Source of the DNA: Stramenopiles sp. TOSAG23-3
Taxonomy: Eukaryota
DNA: 51,563 nt
Direction: 5' to 3'
NCBI GenBank assembly: GCA_900128585.1
Contig: LT642162.1
Location: 1 to 51,563, forward strand
The notes under the pieces are model-generated. The model was not told where the DNA came from. It saw only the letters and a list, made by a program, of their open reading frames with translations, and did no database searches. Below, in pieces: positions 35,403 through 45,575 of the stretch (position 1 is the first letter of the stretch; the number at the start of each line of letters is the position of its first letter). Position numbers and translations under genes: made by a program.

Positions 35403-36394
35403 CGAACTCGAGCGACAACTATGGCTCCCCCTGTCTAATGGTGTTCTGTTTAAGTACCGTACATACGATTCGTTCTAGTTAGTTGGGTTGTGTCAAAAAA
35501 AGAAATGGCGAGGGAGTGGTGAAAGAAGAAAACAAAAGCTAGACAAACCCCTCAACTCAAATAATGCGTGTTTCTTCCTCTCTGCGTCCCCGCATGCAAT
35601 GTTATGCAACCACGAAAGAACCAACGGCGTGGGCAATACTTTTTCCCCTTCCAAACGACCGAATCAATTTAAGCAGAATCTAGAAAGAACGAAAGAACGC
35701 TCCGATTCAATGCTCAACGTTGAAATTGAATTCGTTTCTATCATTAATATATATAGTCGTTTGAAAATTGTTGCATGGGAAAAAAAGCTTCACCCGCGCC
35801 CCTCCTCACTCCTCGTCGCCGCGCTACTTTTCATGTATTCCAGTTCGGCGCCGGTATGGAAAAATAAAAACGCGGATTGATCTCGGAAAAAAAAAGTCTA
35901 GAGTTTAGGATTGAAGAAAGAGGGAAAGAGAGAATACTTACGATTATTACTAGACCGACCTTTCTGCCACTTCTATTTTATGGCAAAAACTTAAAACGTC
36001 TAGCTAGCTACCAAGGTCTATTGTTTGTCTCAATCGTCTGCCGTCAGTCGACTCAACTCAATTCGATTAACACGCTGATTATCAACCTAACGTTTCCAAC
36101 TAGATTGACACTATCACTTCAGCGGAACGGAACTATTTATTTAGATACTTTGACCAGGGTGAAGAAAATATTAATGTATGTATCTACGGCGTTGCGGCGT
36201 TGATAGATTCTATTCTTTCTGTTGGACAAAAAGAAACTCGGGCTAAATTCTTTTGTTCAAAATATTCAATTTTCTGATGACTCTTTCAACTATTATTATT
36301 ATATAATAAAAATATAATAATATTACTAATTCTTCTTCTTCTTCTTCTTTATTATTATTTTTTTATTATTGCTGTTGTTGTTGTTAACAAACCA

Positions 36395-36468
36395 ATCGAA
36401 ATCGAAATCGAAATCGAAATCGGAATCGTAATCGGAATCGAATCGAGAAGTAAGTAAGTAAGTAAGTA
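36395..36468. repeat. (ATCGAA)n hexamer run followed by (AAGT)n
   Basis: atcgaa x4, then atcgga/atcgta variants, then aagtaagtaagtaagtaagt. Confidence 0.9.
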
Positions 36469-36878
36469 GGTTAGGTAGTTAGGTCGGTCTTCTATTGATC
36501 ACGAGCTAATTCGTTTCACTTTGTTCAAAGCTTCAAGGAAAGGCCAAAACTATGAAGAAACATTCAAATATTTAGGATGGGTTTTCTGTTTTGGTTTTGT
36601 TTTGTGTTTTGTTTTGTTTAACTTGACACAAAGCCTCAAAAGAGCCAAAGAAAACCAAAGAACCAAAGAACCAACAGGATTCAAAAGTGTTGGTACGGAC
36701 GGTGTACATTAAGTAAAGTATGTAATCTATAATAAAAGAAAGGAATACGAAATTTAATTTAAATATTCTTTCTTTTGGTTTATTTGGGAGATTGGGAAAG
36801 ACTGCAAAAGCAAAAGCAAAGATTTGTAGTCTTAATCTCTTTCCATATCTCCTTCCACTGCTTTGGTTTTAAAAATAG

Positions 36879-36979
36879 GAAAGAAAGAAAGAAAGTATAC
36901 GAAAGAAAGAAAGAAAGTATACGAAAGAAAGAAAGAAAGTATACGAAAGAAAGAAAGAAAGAAAGAAAGAAAGAGTCGA

Positions 36980-37011
<32 letters not shown>

Positions 37012-37138
37012 GTCGAAAGAAAGAGAAAGAAAGAAAGAAAGAAAGAAAGAAAAGAAAGAAAGAAAAGAAAAGAAAGAAAGAAAAGAAAGAAAGAAAGAAA
37101 AGAAAGAAAAGAAAGAAAGAAAGAAAGAAAAGAAAGAA
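36879..37138 (+). repeat. (GAAA)n composite microsatellite with GTATAC and GAGTC interruptions
   Basis: Directly visible; 3 gaaagtatacgaaag and 2 aagagtcgaaag variant units. Confidence 0.95.
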
Positions 37139-37816
37139 GCTAACATGTGATTGGTCTATTTCATAAGGAAAGCAGAAAGCAGAAATAAAGTTCGCTCGTT
37201 TCGACATTCGACGTTGGGATCGAGATATAATATCGAGATACACTTTATAACTTTATATTATGTTCCACAACACAACCCACAACTCAAACAACTCAAACAA
37301 CCAAACAACAAAACACTCAAAACACTCAAAATACTCAACAAACACTCATTCCATCAAATCTTCTTTGACCATCATTCTTTCATTCTCTTTCTCTCTTCTT
37401 TGAATTCTTGAAGAATGAAATTTCGAAATTTTATACTTGCTTTTACATAAACTTACGATATTTGTACTAAGGGTACTTTACCTATATATAGAATACAATA
37501 TTAACACGCTTTTAAAATAAATATTTAACATATACATAGCATCATATGGTATTTATATATTAATATTTAATGAGAATTTGAAATAAAATAATATTCTTCT
37601 TTCTTTTCTTTCGTTCTTCTTTCTTCTTCTTTCGTTCTTCTCTTTCGTATAATAATGAACCAAGAAAATTGAAAATTGAAATTTGCAATGATTGAACTCT
37701 CTTTTTGATTTTTGAAAATGTTCAGAGAATTGTTTTGTAGAAACGTCACGTTATCAATGTTTAAAGGTTGAAGATATCGTTTTTTGGGGTAATTTCAATT
37801 TTCACTCTTACAGAGG

Positions 37817-39487
37817 ATGAGTTATAGGGAGAGTTTGTCGTTCGCAGCGTTCGGTGCTGGGACAGGTAAGACGCATACCAACGTTAGGTTAAGGCAACAG
37901 TTTCAAGAAATGGGACAATATTATGTCGACTTGCAGACCCGTTATAGGGCGCTGTTCCGGGAACTAAGGCCAAGCCAGCATCAGGCTTGGAATGCAAAGT
38001 TGGCGGCTGTCAAAAAGGAACGGGATATGATCTATGTGGAACTTCAAGCAGCGGCATCTCTTGGGCTTGCGCCGCCCGTTCAAAACGCACCGGCCGACGT
38101 TCCTTCCGTCTTGACGGGAAGGCCGGCGCCAGTGGAACGAATGACGAGCGAGGCAGAGAGACGCAGAAACGTCCCCAATTACGAAACGCACACAAGGAGG
38201 TTTGGGGGACCGTTGCCGTACTCGAGACTTCACCCTGCAACTACGCAATATTGGCTGCCTGGGCAGAGAGGGTTTGATATGGAGGCCGCCCGAGAGGATT
38301 TGAAAATAGGAGGGCAGCGCCCAGCAACCGCACCGGCTAGCGTCGACAAAGTTTCCATTCAGGGCCAAATCCCTGAATTCATGGACGAAGATTGGAAAAA
38401 TAGGCCGCACACTGCATCGTCGGGGGTATGGGCGTGGAAAGGGAAACGGGTAGTTGTCGGTGGGCCTCGGTACTATGGAGGGGTTGGAGCCACCAGCACA
38501 GGCATATTCAAGACTAGAAACGGACAGGAAACAAACAACAGGAAACCATCACCTTCGAAGGGGAACGAGGTGAAGACGCCTGATCGAAAAGAACTGGACT
38601 CGCCGTTTGGTAACGACGACCCTAGCATACAGCGAGCAACATCTGATAATGGCAGGCTGCCAACGGCAACCGCGGCGTTCGTGTTCAACCGGTTGAATGA
38701 CCCAAAACTGATAGCCACCATTGATAGAATGAAACAAAAAATGCAAGGTTCCTCCGACGAGCCCATAAAAGCTTTGGCAAAGGCACGAATATCCCTCGAG
38801 GAGCAGCAGGAGCGTCGTGTTAAACTTGAGCAAAACTTGGCTGAAGAGGAGACCCCGCGGTCGGCAGTGGAAGCAGAAGTCCCGCCGCCGTTGCGCGCTG
38901 AGCAGACGGCGGTGGAGGATCCTTTCCCTCCACCAGCGACGGAGCCAGCACAAGGAAGTGCAACGCCTACCAAACCGGCAGGTCAGTCCGATAGTGCAGA
39001 CCAGAACACGGAATTGTGGAAACGGAGTTATGAGGCTTCTCTAACAAAGCTTCAAAAGCGCATCACGGAATTGGAAAGAGAGCGTGATGGCCTGAAGGGA
39101 GAGGTGGCGCAGTGGAAACACTTAGCGAACAATTCTGCGAAATTATCGTTGGAGGCGCAACTTGAACGACGTGCGAGCAAGCTGAACCTTGTCGACGATA
39201 TTATCTCCTTCCAGGTGGCGACAAAACGGAAAAAACTCAATGTGGTCTCGAAACGGTCCAATTCCAGCGAGGTCCCGAAGAAGAAAAGTAAAACGGAGGG
39301 GGGGCACGATGACCCTTCAAACACAGAGACCACCATCAATTTTGAAGAATTTGACATCGTTGAGAATGTTATGTCCGCAGTGGAGGGGATTAGTATTGAT
39401 TCCCCCCTGGACGACGAGTTCAACAATAGCATTGATGGTTTTGACATTATAGAGCAGGTCGGGGACGTTGGGATGTTGGGGATGTGA
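37817..39487 (+). CDS. Hypothetical 556-aa protein, largely disordered with coiled-coil segments
   Basis: 1.67-kb GC-moderate ORF against AT-rich flanks. Heptad-like WKRSYEASLTKLQKRITELERERDGLKGEVAQW, RPATAP and RPHTAS motifs, acidic C-terminus. No family recognised. Confidence 0.8.
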   Translation: MSYRESLSFAAFGAGTGKTHTNVRLRQQFQEMGQYYVDLQTRYRALFRELRPSQHQAWNAKLAAVKKERDMIYVELQAAASLGLAPPVQNAPADVPSVLTGRPAPVERMTSEAERRRNVPNYETHTRRFGGPLPYSRLHPATTQYWLPGQRGFDMEAAREDLKIGGQRPATAPASVDKVSIQGQIPEFMDEDWKNRPHTASSGVWAWKGKRVVVGGPRYYGGVGATSTGIFKTRNGQETNNRKPSPSKGNEVKTPDRKELDSPFGNDDPSIQRATSDNGRLPTATAAFVFNRLNDPKLIATIDRMKQKMQGSSDEPIKALAKARISLEEQQERRVKLEQNLAEEETPRSAVEAEVPPPLRAEQTAVEDPFPPPATEPAQGSATPTKPAGQSDSADQNTELWKRSYEASLTKLQKRITELERERDGLKGEVAQWKHLANNSAKLSLEAQLERRASKLNLVDDIISFQVATKRKKLNVVSKRSNSSEVPKKKSKTEGGHDDPSNTETTINFEEFDIVENVMSAVEGISIDSPLDDEFNNSIDGFDIIEQVGDVGMLGM

Positions 39488-39673
39488 ATTGTTTTTTTGT
39501 TGTGCGGGTACATAGAGGGGGAGGAAAGTAAATTTATATTCAGGGTATACATCTCTCTATTACGAGTAAGGTTTTTAACTGCTTCAGATGTACGTCGCTT
39601 CACGGTACTTTATCGATGGCGTACACTACGTAACTGCCAAAGCAAGCGGCTTCGAAATCTCTCCTGCTCCTGC

Positions 39674-41995
39674 TTAATTGTTCCTGTCATCAAGTCCACG
39701 GCCACCGTGGGCACTCCCCAGCTTCGGGACCAGCTGGTCCATCCGACTGTGCAACGTCTCCATTTTCCGTTGCATGGATGCGCTTTGCATTTGAACGGCT
39801 TCGAGATTCGTTGTTATCTTCCCCCAGTATTTGCTCTGATTCGTGTGCACCATGCCCAGGGCCTGAATGAGGCGTTTCATAGACGTAAGACCAATGTCTT
39901 TCGCGGCAAACTCATCCATACTGGGACTTTCAGCAAGCCCTTCGCTCATGGACGCCAATTTTGCTTCTTTCTGCTCCCTATCATAAATGTACAAAATCCT
40001 TGAATTGATTGGTTGCTTGCACAACGACATGATACCCCGAACCTGTTCGTCTGTAACATCTTTGTGGTCCAAAAGCCCCCCCTCTAAGGCTTTTAATACC
40101 AGCGCAAAGTGCATGAAAACCGTGTGCTGATTCTGGCGCTTGAGTCTCCAAAGCTTCAAGCGTTCCTTGACTTCGTCGATGGTCATGTTGGATGGGTCAC
40201 CACAAAAATATCTAAACACTTTTGGCAAGCACGTCCGCGGCTGTTTCAGTTGTCGAACGAACCGGCGGTAGGTTCTTGGGTTCGTAAGGTACTCCCCTAG
40301 GTCAAGAACCGTTCGGCGCCAGCCGCTCATGATGTCTATGTTCTCTTCGCGCGCGTACTGCTTGTCTAAGCGTTCCTTCTCTTTGTGCCACACGTCCAAA
40401 ATGATCGACAAGAAAATGTTTGTCATGACAAAGTAGAAAAGAACAGTAAAAATGACAAAAAAGTACGGCGCAGAATCTGGGTCCGCTTCCACAAAACGGT
40501 TGTAGTCAATGTCCCCGATGGCCATCCGAAGTAGAGTGACAGAACTCGCCCGCAACGTTTTAAAATCGGCCGACCGGGGGCCGAAGAGAACGTAGCCACT
40601 GAAGACGAACCCGAAAAACATCAGAAAGAACAGGACGAAGAAATATATCATGTCTTTGAAGGCCATGGCGAGGGTTCGAAACACCGATTGAAGCCCGGAC
40701 GTCAAGTTCAAGTATTTAAACGTTCTAACGATGAGCAGAATTGTGTTAAGGGCATAAAGCTGCTGCATCGTCCGGTACCACAAAAGCAAGCTTGACGTGT
40801 TATAGAACGAGCCACTGTCCAGGGCAGACACTATCTGCAATTGATCGTCCAGGAACACGCCGCGACGAACCGAATCGTAGACGTGGATGCAGAACACAAA
40901 GTACATGACGGCATCTACCAGCGTCCACAGGTTTACGTTGTTCAGCCCGCGAGTGCGCAACCCGCCGAGAAACTTCAATGTATCCAAAATGATGATGATG
41001 CAGAGGAGGATATCCAAGAATACTATAAATGTTGCGGTGGAACTAGCGCGTTCCACAAGTTGCCCGTGGTAAAAGATGGCCTCCGTCTCCACCCAGCCCG
41101 ACACGGCAAATTCTATTCGAAACTCCGACCGAACAAACAAATCATAGTTCACATTGATGGTGGAGAACTGGACAAACACGCCCCGGGTCTGCTTGTCGAT
41201 GAACGGCACGCAAGTCGACGCCTCGGTGAGGAGTTCGTTGGGGCCTCTGGGCCAGCATGCCATCCATTTGATGGCTTGCTGCGCGGCAGTGCGATTCGTG
41301 TTCAAGTCGTAGATGTGCCCGGCCCCCGAGTAGACGACGGGGTTTATGCTTGCCCTGCTCTCCATCGGAAGGTCTCCCGTCTCTGCCGCAGGTTTCCAAC
41401 GGTACAGGCTCGTGTTGGACGCCTTCAAGATTCCGCCGAACCCTTGAGTGTCCATGTTTTCCTGGGAAAAATCGGTGGCACACTTGGTTTTGTCGACCAC
41501 CCCCGCGTCTAAGATTACAGGCGGCAGGTCGCACACAGTCTTGGATTTCACCCTTGCCTGGCGGAGCCGCACGCCCCACAACAGCTCGTTGTAGTTCTTC
41601 ACTGCGTGCGGACCGGTCGGGGAGGCGGTGTTGTTGTACATCCTTTCCACCAGAATCTGGTCGCACCAGCGCCAGAAGTTGTCCACCGTATCGATGTCGT
41701 CGAACGTGATCAACGTGTCCGTCGTCGAATGGAACTGGCTGCGAACGAACGTTTCCCGTAGTGTATTCTCTACTGCAAAACTGTGGGTGACGCTATTCTG
41801 CAAGACGACGTACGGCATGAACGTGACAACAAACATGAAAAACCGAAACATTTCGCGGCGCAGATGTTTCGCAGCGACTGCTTTGTCTACTTCAAAAAAC
41901 AGACGATCGTACATGATGTACTTTCCACGAAACTCTCCCATCTCGTAGTCGTCGTCCTCATTTTCCTTCTCTTTCTTTTTTTTATCGCCAAGCAT
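39674..41995 (-). CDS. PKD2: Polycystin-2-like (TRPP) cation channel, 773 aa
   Basis: S1 helix, then TOP/polycystin domain (TFDDIDTVDNFWRW, NELLWGVRLRQARV, two Cys, YSGAGHIYDL, FIDKQTRGVFVQFSTINVNYDLF), S2-S5, pore loop FKTLRASSVTLLRMAIGDIDY, S6 FYFVMTNIFLSIILD and a C-terminal coiled coil. Orthology to a particular PKD2 paralog is not established. Confidence 0.92.
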   Translation of the reverse strand: MLGDKKKKEKENEDDDYEMGEFRGKYIMYDRLFFEVDKAVAAKHLRREMFRFFMFVVTFMPYVVLQNSVTHSFAVENTLRETFVRSQFHSTTDTLITFDDIDTVDNFWRWCDQILVERMYNNTASPTGPHAVKNYNELLWGVRLRQARVKSKTVCDLPPVILDAGVVDKTKCATDFSQENMDTQGFGGILKASNTSLYRWKPAAETGDLPMESRASINPVVYSGAGHIYDLNTNRTAAQQAIKWMACWPRGPNELLTEASTCVPFIDKQTRGVFVQFSTINVNYDLFVRSEFRIEFAVSGWVETEAIFYHGQLVERASSTATFIVFLDILLCIIIILDTLKFLGGLRTRGLNNVNLWTLVDAVMYFVFCIHVYDSVRRGVFLDDQLQIVSALDSGSFYNTSSLLLWYRTMQQLYALNTILLIVRTFKYLNLTSGLQSVFRTLAMAFKDMIYFFVLFFLMFFGFVFSGYVLFGPRSADFKTLRASSVTLLRMAIGDIDYNRFVEADPDSAPYFFVIFTVLFYFVMTNIFLSIILDVWHKEKERLDKQYAREENIDIMSGWRRTVLDLGEYLTNPRTYRRFVRQLKQPRTCLPKVFRYFCGDPSNMTIDEVKERLKLWRLKRQNQHTVFMHFALVLKALEGGLLDHKDVTDEQVRGIMSLCKQPINSRILYIYDREQKEAKLASMSEGLAESPSMDEFAAKDIGLTSMKRLIQALGMVHTNQSKYWGKITTNLEAVQMQSASMQRKMETLHSRMDQLVPKLGSAHGGRGLDDRNN

Positions 41996-42217
41996 ACTGC
42001 CAGAATCCCTGTCTGTTGGGAAGAAAAAAAAACACTACCGTTTCTCAGGATGTACGTACGTGCACGATTAACTCTTTCTACACACACCAAACGTTCAACG
42101 GTGTACTTTTCCCATCCTTCTTTTCCAAACATTCTATCAACAACTTCACATACTACCATTCTTGACAAACGAACTAACAAACCTAAACCTGGTTGATAAT
42201 GTGTAGATGAAGCAGTC

Positions 42218-42336
42218 CGAAGAAGAAAGGAAGAAATCCGAAATAAAGGGAAGAAGAAAGAAGAAAGGAAGAAAGAGAAAGAAGAAGAAAAGAAGAAGAA
42301 AGGAAGAAGAAAGGAAGAAGAAGAAAAGAAAGAGGA
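42218..42336 (+). repeat. Degenerate (GAA/GAAAG)n purine tract
   Basis: gaagaagaaaggaagaa... visible directly; reads as a pyrimidine tract on the PKD2 sense strand. Confidence 0.85.
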
Positions 42337-42443
42337 ATAAAAACTACGGCTAGCTATTTCCATATTAAAAATTGAAGAAGAAGAAAAGAGGATGGATTAA
42401 CAATTAACAGACAAAAACAAAATTCTTTGGATGGATCGTATAG

Positions 42444-42448
42444 TTTCT

Positions 42449-42504
<56 letters not shown>

Positions 42505-42639
42505 TCGACTCTTTCTTTCGACTCTTNNNNNNNNNNNNNNNNNNNNNNNNNNNNNNNNNNNNNNNNNNNNNNNNNNNNNNNNNNNNNNNNNNNNNNNNNN
42601 NNNNNNNNNNNNNNNNNNNNNNNNNNNNNNNNNNNNNTT

Positions 42640-42671
<32 letters not shown>

Positions 42672-42819
42672 TCGACTCTTTCTTTCTTTCTTTCTTTCGA
42701 CTCTTTCTTTCTTTCGTATACTTTCTTTCTTTCTTTCTTTCTTTCGACTCTTTCTTTCTTTCTTTCTTCTTCTTTTTTAGATTTTTTTCTTTCTTCTTTC
42801 TTTCTTTCTTTCTTTCGAC

Positions 42820-42858
<39 letters not shown>

Positions 42859-42897
42859 CTCTTTCTTTCTTTCTTTCGACTCTTTCTTTCTTCTTCT
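42444..42897 (-). repeat. (GAAA)n composite microsatellite (TTTC on plus) containing an assembly gap
   Basis: 7 ttcgactctt and 1 ttcgtatactt variant units, the reverse complements of those at 36879..37138. Confidence 0.95.
42527..42637. other. Assembly gap (111 N)
   Basis: Run of n characters inside the microsatellite. Confidence 0.99.
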
Positions 42898-43126
42898 CAT
42901 TATGATGATGTTTCAGTGCTCTGTTTATATTAATTTGATAGTGGTATTCCCTCTTTTGAGTTTCAACGATCATCACCCTCTCTATTTTGAGCATTGAACA
43001 ATAAAACTAATGTTATCTATATTTATCATTCATCACCATATCACCATACAACCATGTAAATCAGTAAATAATTTGAATTAAGAGCAAACAGAGCAGGTTC
43101 GTTTATTTACTGTTTTCGTGGTTGCA

Positions 43127-43205
43127 CGTTGCCAACGTTGCAAGTTGCAACCCTCAAATCTAAAAACAATCTCTCTTATTTATCTTTTATACACACTCTC
43201 TCTAT
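43127..43205 (+). repeat. 79-bp inverted repeat, left copy
   Basis: cgttgccaacgttgcaagttgcaaccctcaaatctaaaaacaatctctcttatttatcttttatacacactctctctat is the exact reverse complement of 45574..45652. Confidence 0.97.
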
Positions 43206-45575
43206 TCGACCCGCCGCTCCAAGCCCGCCAGGCAAAATTGCAGGCGTGAACCGCTTCCGCTTCTCTCTCGGAGACGGGAGCGAAAACGGTTCTTCTTGGG
43301 CCATGCCAGGCCCTGGGAGAAAGTTCCCCCGGGGCGCAAGGCTGCTACCCATAGATCCCAGGACGGGGCCGGTCAGCGAACTGTTTCCCTTGCGCGCCCC
43401 GCCGCTTAATTTCTTTTCTGCCGCCAGCAGGGGGTGGGGCATCGGCTCCGCGGAGGACAGCTTTGCAGGTTGGAACCGTTTCCGGCCAATGTCGGGCGTG
43501 GAGATTTTCTCCAGGGGGTGGGCGTCGTCAAAGTTAATGCCGGAAGCGAACGGCAGGCCGGACCCGAGCGGTTTCAGGCTTACTTTCGTGTTGGTGTTCA
43601 TGGACCATGAATCGTTTTCGCCGTCCCCTTTCAGGGCCGCCTTGATCTCCTCGTCTTCGAGCAGCGAGAAGTCCTCCTCGCTGTCCTCGTTCGCGCCGTG
43701 CATTGGCTTGACCTGGCCGTACTGCTCCTCCCCGGCCATCCCCATGACCGTGTTGGACCTCTGCTCCTTTCGCCGCTTGTCCTTCCTCGACTTCTTTTTC
43801 TTCTTCTTTCGCTTCTTGCCCCCGCCGTGCTCCCCGAACGGTTCCGCGGACACGGAACGGTTCGGCTGGGGCGCCATGTTGTGCAGCGCGCCCATCCGGG
43901 GCGGCTCCATGTACAGGACGTTGTCCGCGCCGTTCTCGTTCTTGAGGACGCGGGTGGGGGACGTCGGCAGCGTCGCGTCGATGGCCAGGCCCGTAAACCC
44001 CCTGTCGTCGCTCGACCGGCCCTCTCCGCCACGGGACCGGCGGCCGTCGCCCGGCTTGTTGTTTGGCCGCTTGACCTTCTTCTGGGCCACCGCGGTGTCT
44101 TGGGCGTCGAACTTGGCGTCCTGGAATGGCCCGGTCCCGCCGCCCTCTCCCGCCCCCTCGTGGGCCTTGTCCGGGAGCGGCGAGGCGAACCCAGGGTGAA
44201 GCGGGCGGTCCCGGGCCTCTTTCTCGTGCTGGGCGACGTCCTCCGCGACGTTGAAGTGGGTCTTTTCCTCCATGCTCCAGATCGTGGGCTGGGTCACGGT
44301 GTCCTCGTCCCCCTCCCTGGGCGCCATGTGCGCGACTCCGACGCCGCCCGTCTGCCGCCCCCGGTGCTTTCGCCGCAAGTGGTCCTCCGTGCTCTCTTGC
44401 AGGAGCTTGGCGGCGAGCTGCTCGCGGCCCTCGAGGCGCCGCTTCTTCTGCAGCTTGGTGTGCAGGTTCTTGTAAAACTTGGCTCGGGGGTGGGTCCAGA
44501 CGGACTGCACCTTGTTCGCCCCTGGCCCGCCCATGCCGAGGGACTTCTCCATGTCCGCCTCCCAGCCCGATATTTTCGCAAACGTGGTGCCCTCGGCCCC
44601 TCCGCCCCCTTTCGCCTTCGCGGTCTCCCGCGCGACGGCGCCCGAGTTTGCGGAGTAGTAGTGCCACTTCCCGTTCGGGTCCGCGCGGTAGACCCACCCG
44701 GGCAACGGCTTCGACAGGCCCTGGTCGATGAGCCAGAGAAAGTCGGACCGGTCGTTCTTCGGGTTGATCCCGATCAGCGTTGCAAAGTCGACGACCTGCT
44801 TCTCCAGCAGGCCCTTCTTCTTTAGCTTCTCCAGCAGCCGTTCGAACGGCGTCATGTTGCTCGCCTTCTCCGCCTTCTCCGCCTCGGCGGCCGCAATCGC
44901 GGCCTCCTCCGCCATCCGTTGGGCCTCTTCCTCCGCGAGGCGCTCTTTCTCGGCGGCCTCCGCGTCCCCGTGAAGGGCCTGCTGTATGGCCTCCAGGTCC
45001 AGCACCCGCCCCGTTTTCGTCTTCTCCCTGGTCTGGTGGTCGAACGTGTACACGGACCCGTCCTCGTCGACGTACTCCGGGACGACGTTTAGCCCGTCGT
45101 CCCCCCCCATGCTGTCCTCCATGGCCTCCTTCAGCTCCTCCCTGCAGACGCCGAGGACCTCCTTGTAGTACTCTTCGGAGGGGTGGTCGTCGAGCGCCAT
45201 CAGCGCGGTCTCCCGGTCGTTCCGGCAGAGCCATTTCTCGTACGTATAGCACACCCCGGGCTCTTCCCCGTCGTGAACGAGCGTGGACCGAAGGTGGGCC
45301 ACCTCCGAGTCCGGGGCGTGCTCGGTCCACCCCGGTGGGAGCTCCACGCACGAGGCCATCCGCGGGATCCACATGAGCGTTTGCTCCGTGTCCAGGTCTA
45401 TTTCCATGTACTCGGCCAAGTCCTCTACGTCGTCCGGGTGAACGTCCCAGAACGTCTTTGCGGCGTCCTCCTTCGGCCCCACGTCGTCCGTGTCCGGGTC
45501 CCCAAGGACCTTCTTGTAATGCAGGAGCGCGTCCTGCCGGGACATGCGAATCTTCTTTTCCTGCGCCTTCGTCAT
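43176..45575 (-). CDS. Protein with two CEP164-N-terminus-like WW modules and a long disordered tail (799 aa from the ATG at 45575); probably the 3' part of a gene starting at 46048
   Basis: LAEYMEIDLDTEQTLMWIPRMASCVELPPGW...HPSEEYYKEVL and FATLIGINPKNDRSDFLWLIDQGLSKPLPGWVYRADPNGKWHYYS...WTHPRAKFYKNL resemble the CEP164 N-terminal helical-bundle plus WW module. Strong G/C-ending codon bias in this frame. Confidence 0.82.
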   Translation of the reverse strand: MTKAQEKKIRMSRQDALLHYKKVLGDPDTDDVGPKEDAAKTFWDVHPDDVEDLAEYMEIDLDTEQTLMWIPRMASCVELPPGWTEHAPDSEVAHLRSTLVHDGEEPGVCYTYEKWLCRNDRETALMALDDHPSEEYYKEVLGVCREELKEAMEDSMGGDDGLNVVPEYVDEDGSVYTFDHQTREKTKTGRVLDLEAIQQALHGDAEAAEKERLAEEEAQRMAEEAAIAAAEAEKAEKASNMTPFERLLEKLKKKGLLEKQVVDFATLIGINPKNDRSDFLWLIDQGLSKPLPGWVYRADPNGKWHYYSANSGAVARETAKAKGGGGAEGTTFAKISGWEADMEKSLGMGGPGANKVQSVWTHPRAKFYKNLHTKLQKKRRLEGREQLAAKLLQESTEDHLRRKHRGRQTGGVGVAHMAPREGDEDTVTQPTIWSMEEKTHFNVAEDVAQHEKEARDRPLHPGFASPLPDKAHEGAGEGGGTGPFQDAKFDAQDTAVAQKKVKRPNNKPGDGRRSRGGEGRSSDDRGFTGLAIDATLPTSPTRVLKNENGADNVLYMEPPRMGALHNMAPQPNRSVSAEPFGEHGGGKKRKKKKKKSRKDKRRKEQRSNTVMGMAGEEQYGQVKPMHGANEDSEEDFSLLEDEEIKAALKGDGENDSWSMNTNTKVSLKPLGSGLPFASGINFDDAHPLEKISTPDIGRKRFQPAKLSSAEPMPHPLLAAEKKLSGGARKGNSSLTGPVLGSMGSSLAPRGNFLPGPGMAQEEPFSLPSPREKRKRFTPAILPGGLGAAGRIERVCIKDK

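Noticed and set aside
36466-36484. aggttaggtagttagg as telomeric repeat
   Set aside because: Only two TTAGG units, not a tandem array.
36395-37138. CRISPR-like array
   Set aside because: Simple-sequence repeats without unique spacers, in eukaryotic context.
36775-37243. K/E/R-rich and F/S/L-rich ORFs here and at 42397..42997 and 46343..46741
   Set aside because: Translations of stop-free (GAAA)n microsatellites.
43121-43152. GTTGCC/GCAAC motifs as an RFX X-box for a ciliary gene
   Set aside because: Spacing does not match GTTGCCATGGCAAC, the motifs are not in a promoter position, and RFX presence in this lineage is unknown.
43129-45376. Overlapping ORFs of 356, 375 and 612 aa inside the inverted-repeat segment
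   Set aside because: Expected from high GC3 in the real frame. They have Arg/Gly/Pro-biased composition and no motifs, and the shared MPTLQV... N-terminus is just the repeat read from a TTG.
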